Position numbers and translations under genes: made by a program. Under the pieces are notes generated by a model. That model saw only the letters and a list, made by a program, of their open reading frames with translations. It searched no databases and had not been told where the DNA came from. Below, piece by piece: positions 62,802 to 64,000 of a stretch of DNA of 64,000 nt (the first letter of the stretch is position 1; every line of letters starts with the position of its first letter). The stretch is from Squalus acanthias (taxonomy: Eukaryota): NCBI GenBank assembly GCA_030390025.1, contig CM059431.1, forward strand, positions 117,740,001 to 117,804,000, written 5' to 3'.

Positions 62802-63218
62802 CCTCAGCTCCAATCACATTTATATTTTATTTTATCCACCCTTTTATTTGTCCCCCCCACCCTTTTTTTTCCTCCTAGAAGCTGGCAGCTGTCCTTCATT
62901 CTGCCAGTAGATTTCACACTTCATTCAGCCTTAATCTGTCACATTAATACCACCTCTAGCCTTGCATATCTCTTAATGTCTCTTAATGTCTCTTCATCTC
63001 CTCCTTTGTTCCTTTATCCCCTCCCCCTTTTCCCAGCTTTACCCTGGCCTTAAATCTATTTGATTTCCAGCTCTTCCCAGTTCTGATGAAAGGTCATCGA
63101 CCTGAAACGTCAACTCTCTTTCTCTCTCCACGGATGCTGCCTGGCCTGCTGAGTTTTTCCAGCGTTTTCTGTTGTTATTTCGGATTTCCAGCATCTGCAG
63201 TATTTTGCTATCGCATCG
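61282..63218 (+). mobile_element. Penelope-like element, 5' truncated, young
   Basis: Perfect direct repeat AAGAAGCCAATTTAG at 61267-61281 and 63219-63233; RT plus GIY-YIG ORF; hammerhead in the 3' region. Confidence 0.93.
63079..63115 (+). ncRNA. Minimal type I hammerhead ribozyme
   Basis: AGTT-CTGATGA-A-AGGTC(ATC)GACCT-GAAA-CG-TC-AACT: intact core, stem I AGTT/AACT, stem II AGGTC/GACCT, palindromic ACGT stem III. Confidence 0.8.
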
Positions 63219-63269
63219 AAGAAGCCAATTTAGGTCAGCAAGGATTGAAATTACCGGATTTACTTCAGT

Positions 63270-64000
63270 AAGCAGAATTTGGATGAGTCAGAGTTTATAG
63301 AGGGTGAGTTTAGAAGGACTACAGCGAGGGCGTTAGAGAAATCAAGTCTTGAGGTGACAATATAGTAGATAACTGTTTCAGCTTTGGGGGGAGTGAGATA
63401 GGGGCAAAAATGAAAGTAAGTGATCTTGGGGTGACCTGGATGTAGGGTTTGAAATGCAGGTCTTTGTTGAGTGGGAGATCTTAAGGCTGATTCACCAATC
63501 AGGTGCTCCTGTAGTGTAATACTGCTCACAGGATGCACCAGTTAGGTAATCAATGTCAATGTTGAAGTCAAGGACATTTGTGTACTCTACTGTATATTTT
63601 AGTGTATGAATGTTGGCAGCTTTAGTTGTCACAGCACTGTCCCTGGTGCTAGTGCTTGCAATCTCACCCACATTAAGTCCTACACAACCAGCACCTTTGA
63701 CCTCTCCAAGCTCCATTGGCTTTATATTCTCCAGCATGTCAATTTCGCCCCCTTTGACTTTATGAAGTCTCTCTATGGCCTTTCCCTATCCTACCTTAGT
63801 GACCCCTGTATGCACCTTCTGCTCTTCTAACATCAGACCTCCCCTTGCTCCTCACTGCCTTTTCTCCACCACCAGAGACTCAACCATCATGCCTCTACCT
63901 TCTGAAATTCTCTATTCAGTTCCCTCCACTTTTTCAGCTCACTTCCTGCTTTCACAAGGCTCTTCAAAATATTCCTCTATGAATGTACCTTTGACCCCTT
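63270..64000. mobile_element. Old L2 fragments (minus ~63270-63500; plus ~63600-64000)
   Basis: Antisense VTSRLDFSNAL; sense LSKLHWL and L2 3'-end-like sequence. Confidence 0.55.

Noticed and set aside
1..64000. CRISPR arrays, rRNA genes or prokaryotic systems
   Set aside because: No regularly spaced repeats or rRNA-like sequence; the content is typical vertebrate repeat DNA

Overview
Repeat-dense vertebrate DNA, most likely from a shark or other cartilaginous fish. This host call is inferred only from the repeat landscape: CR1/HER1-type LINEs, a Deu-domain tRNA SINE, L2 LINEs, Harbinger transposons and a Penelope element. No intact host gene is recognisable; there is one candidate minus-strand exon. 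The main feature is a complete 12.45-kb provirus at 15689-28142 with a 4-bp TSD (ACTG), ~1.57-kb LTRs differing at about 25 positions by eye, and a tRNA-Arg(UCG) primer-binding site. Gag and pol are in frame across UGA-CUAG. Pol is uninterrupted and carries both a catalytically dead gypsy-type RNase H and a second, retroviral-type RNase H. Env looks like a class I F-type fusion protein (paramyxo/pneumovirus-, baculovirus/errantivirus-like) rather than a normal retroviral Env. This architecture matches lokiretroviruses. Unexpectedly, the frameshift-repaired Env has an immunoglobulin-like domain between its signal peptide and the F moiety. The rest of the window is nested CR1, L2, Harbinger (transposase plus Myb/SANT gene) and MITE/SINE debris, plus a young 5'-truncated Penelope element with a 15-bp TSD and a minimal hammerhead ribozyme. 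Boundaries of old repeats are approximate.
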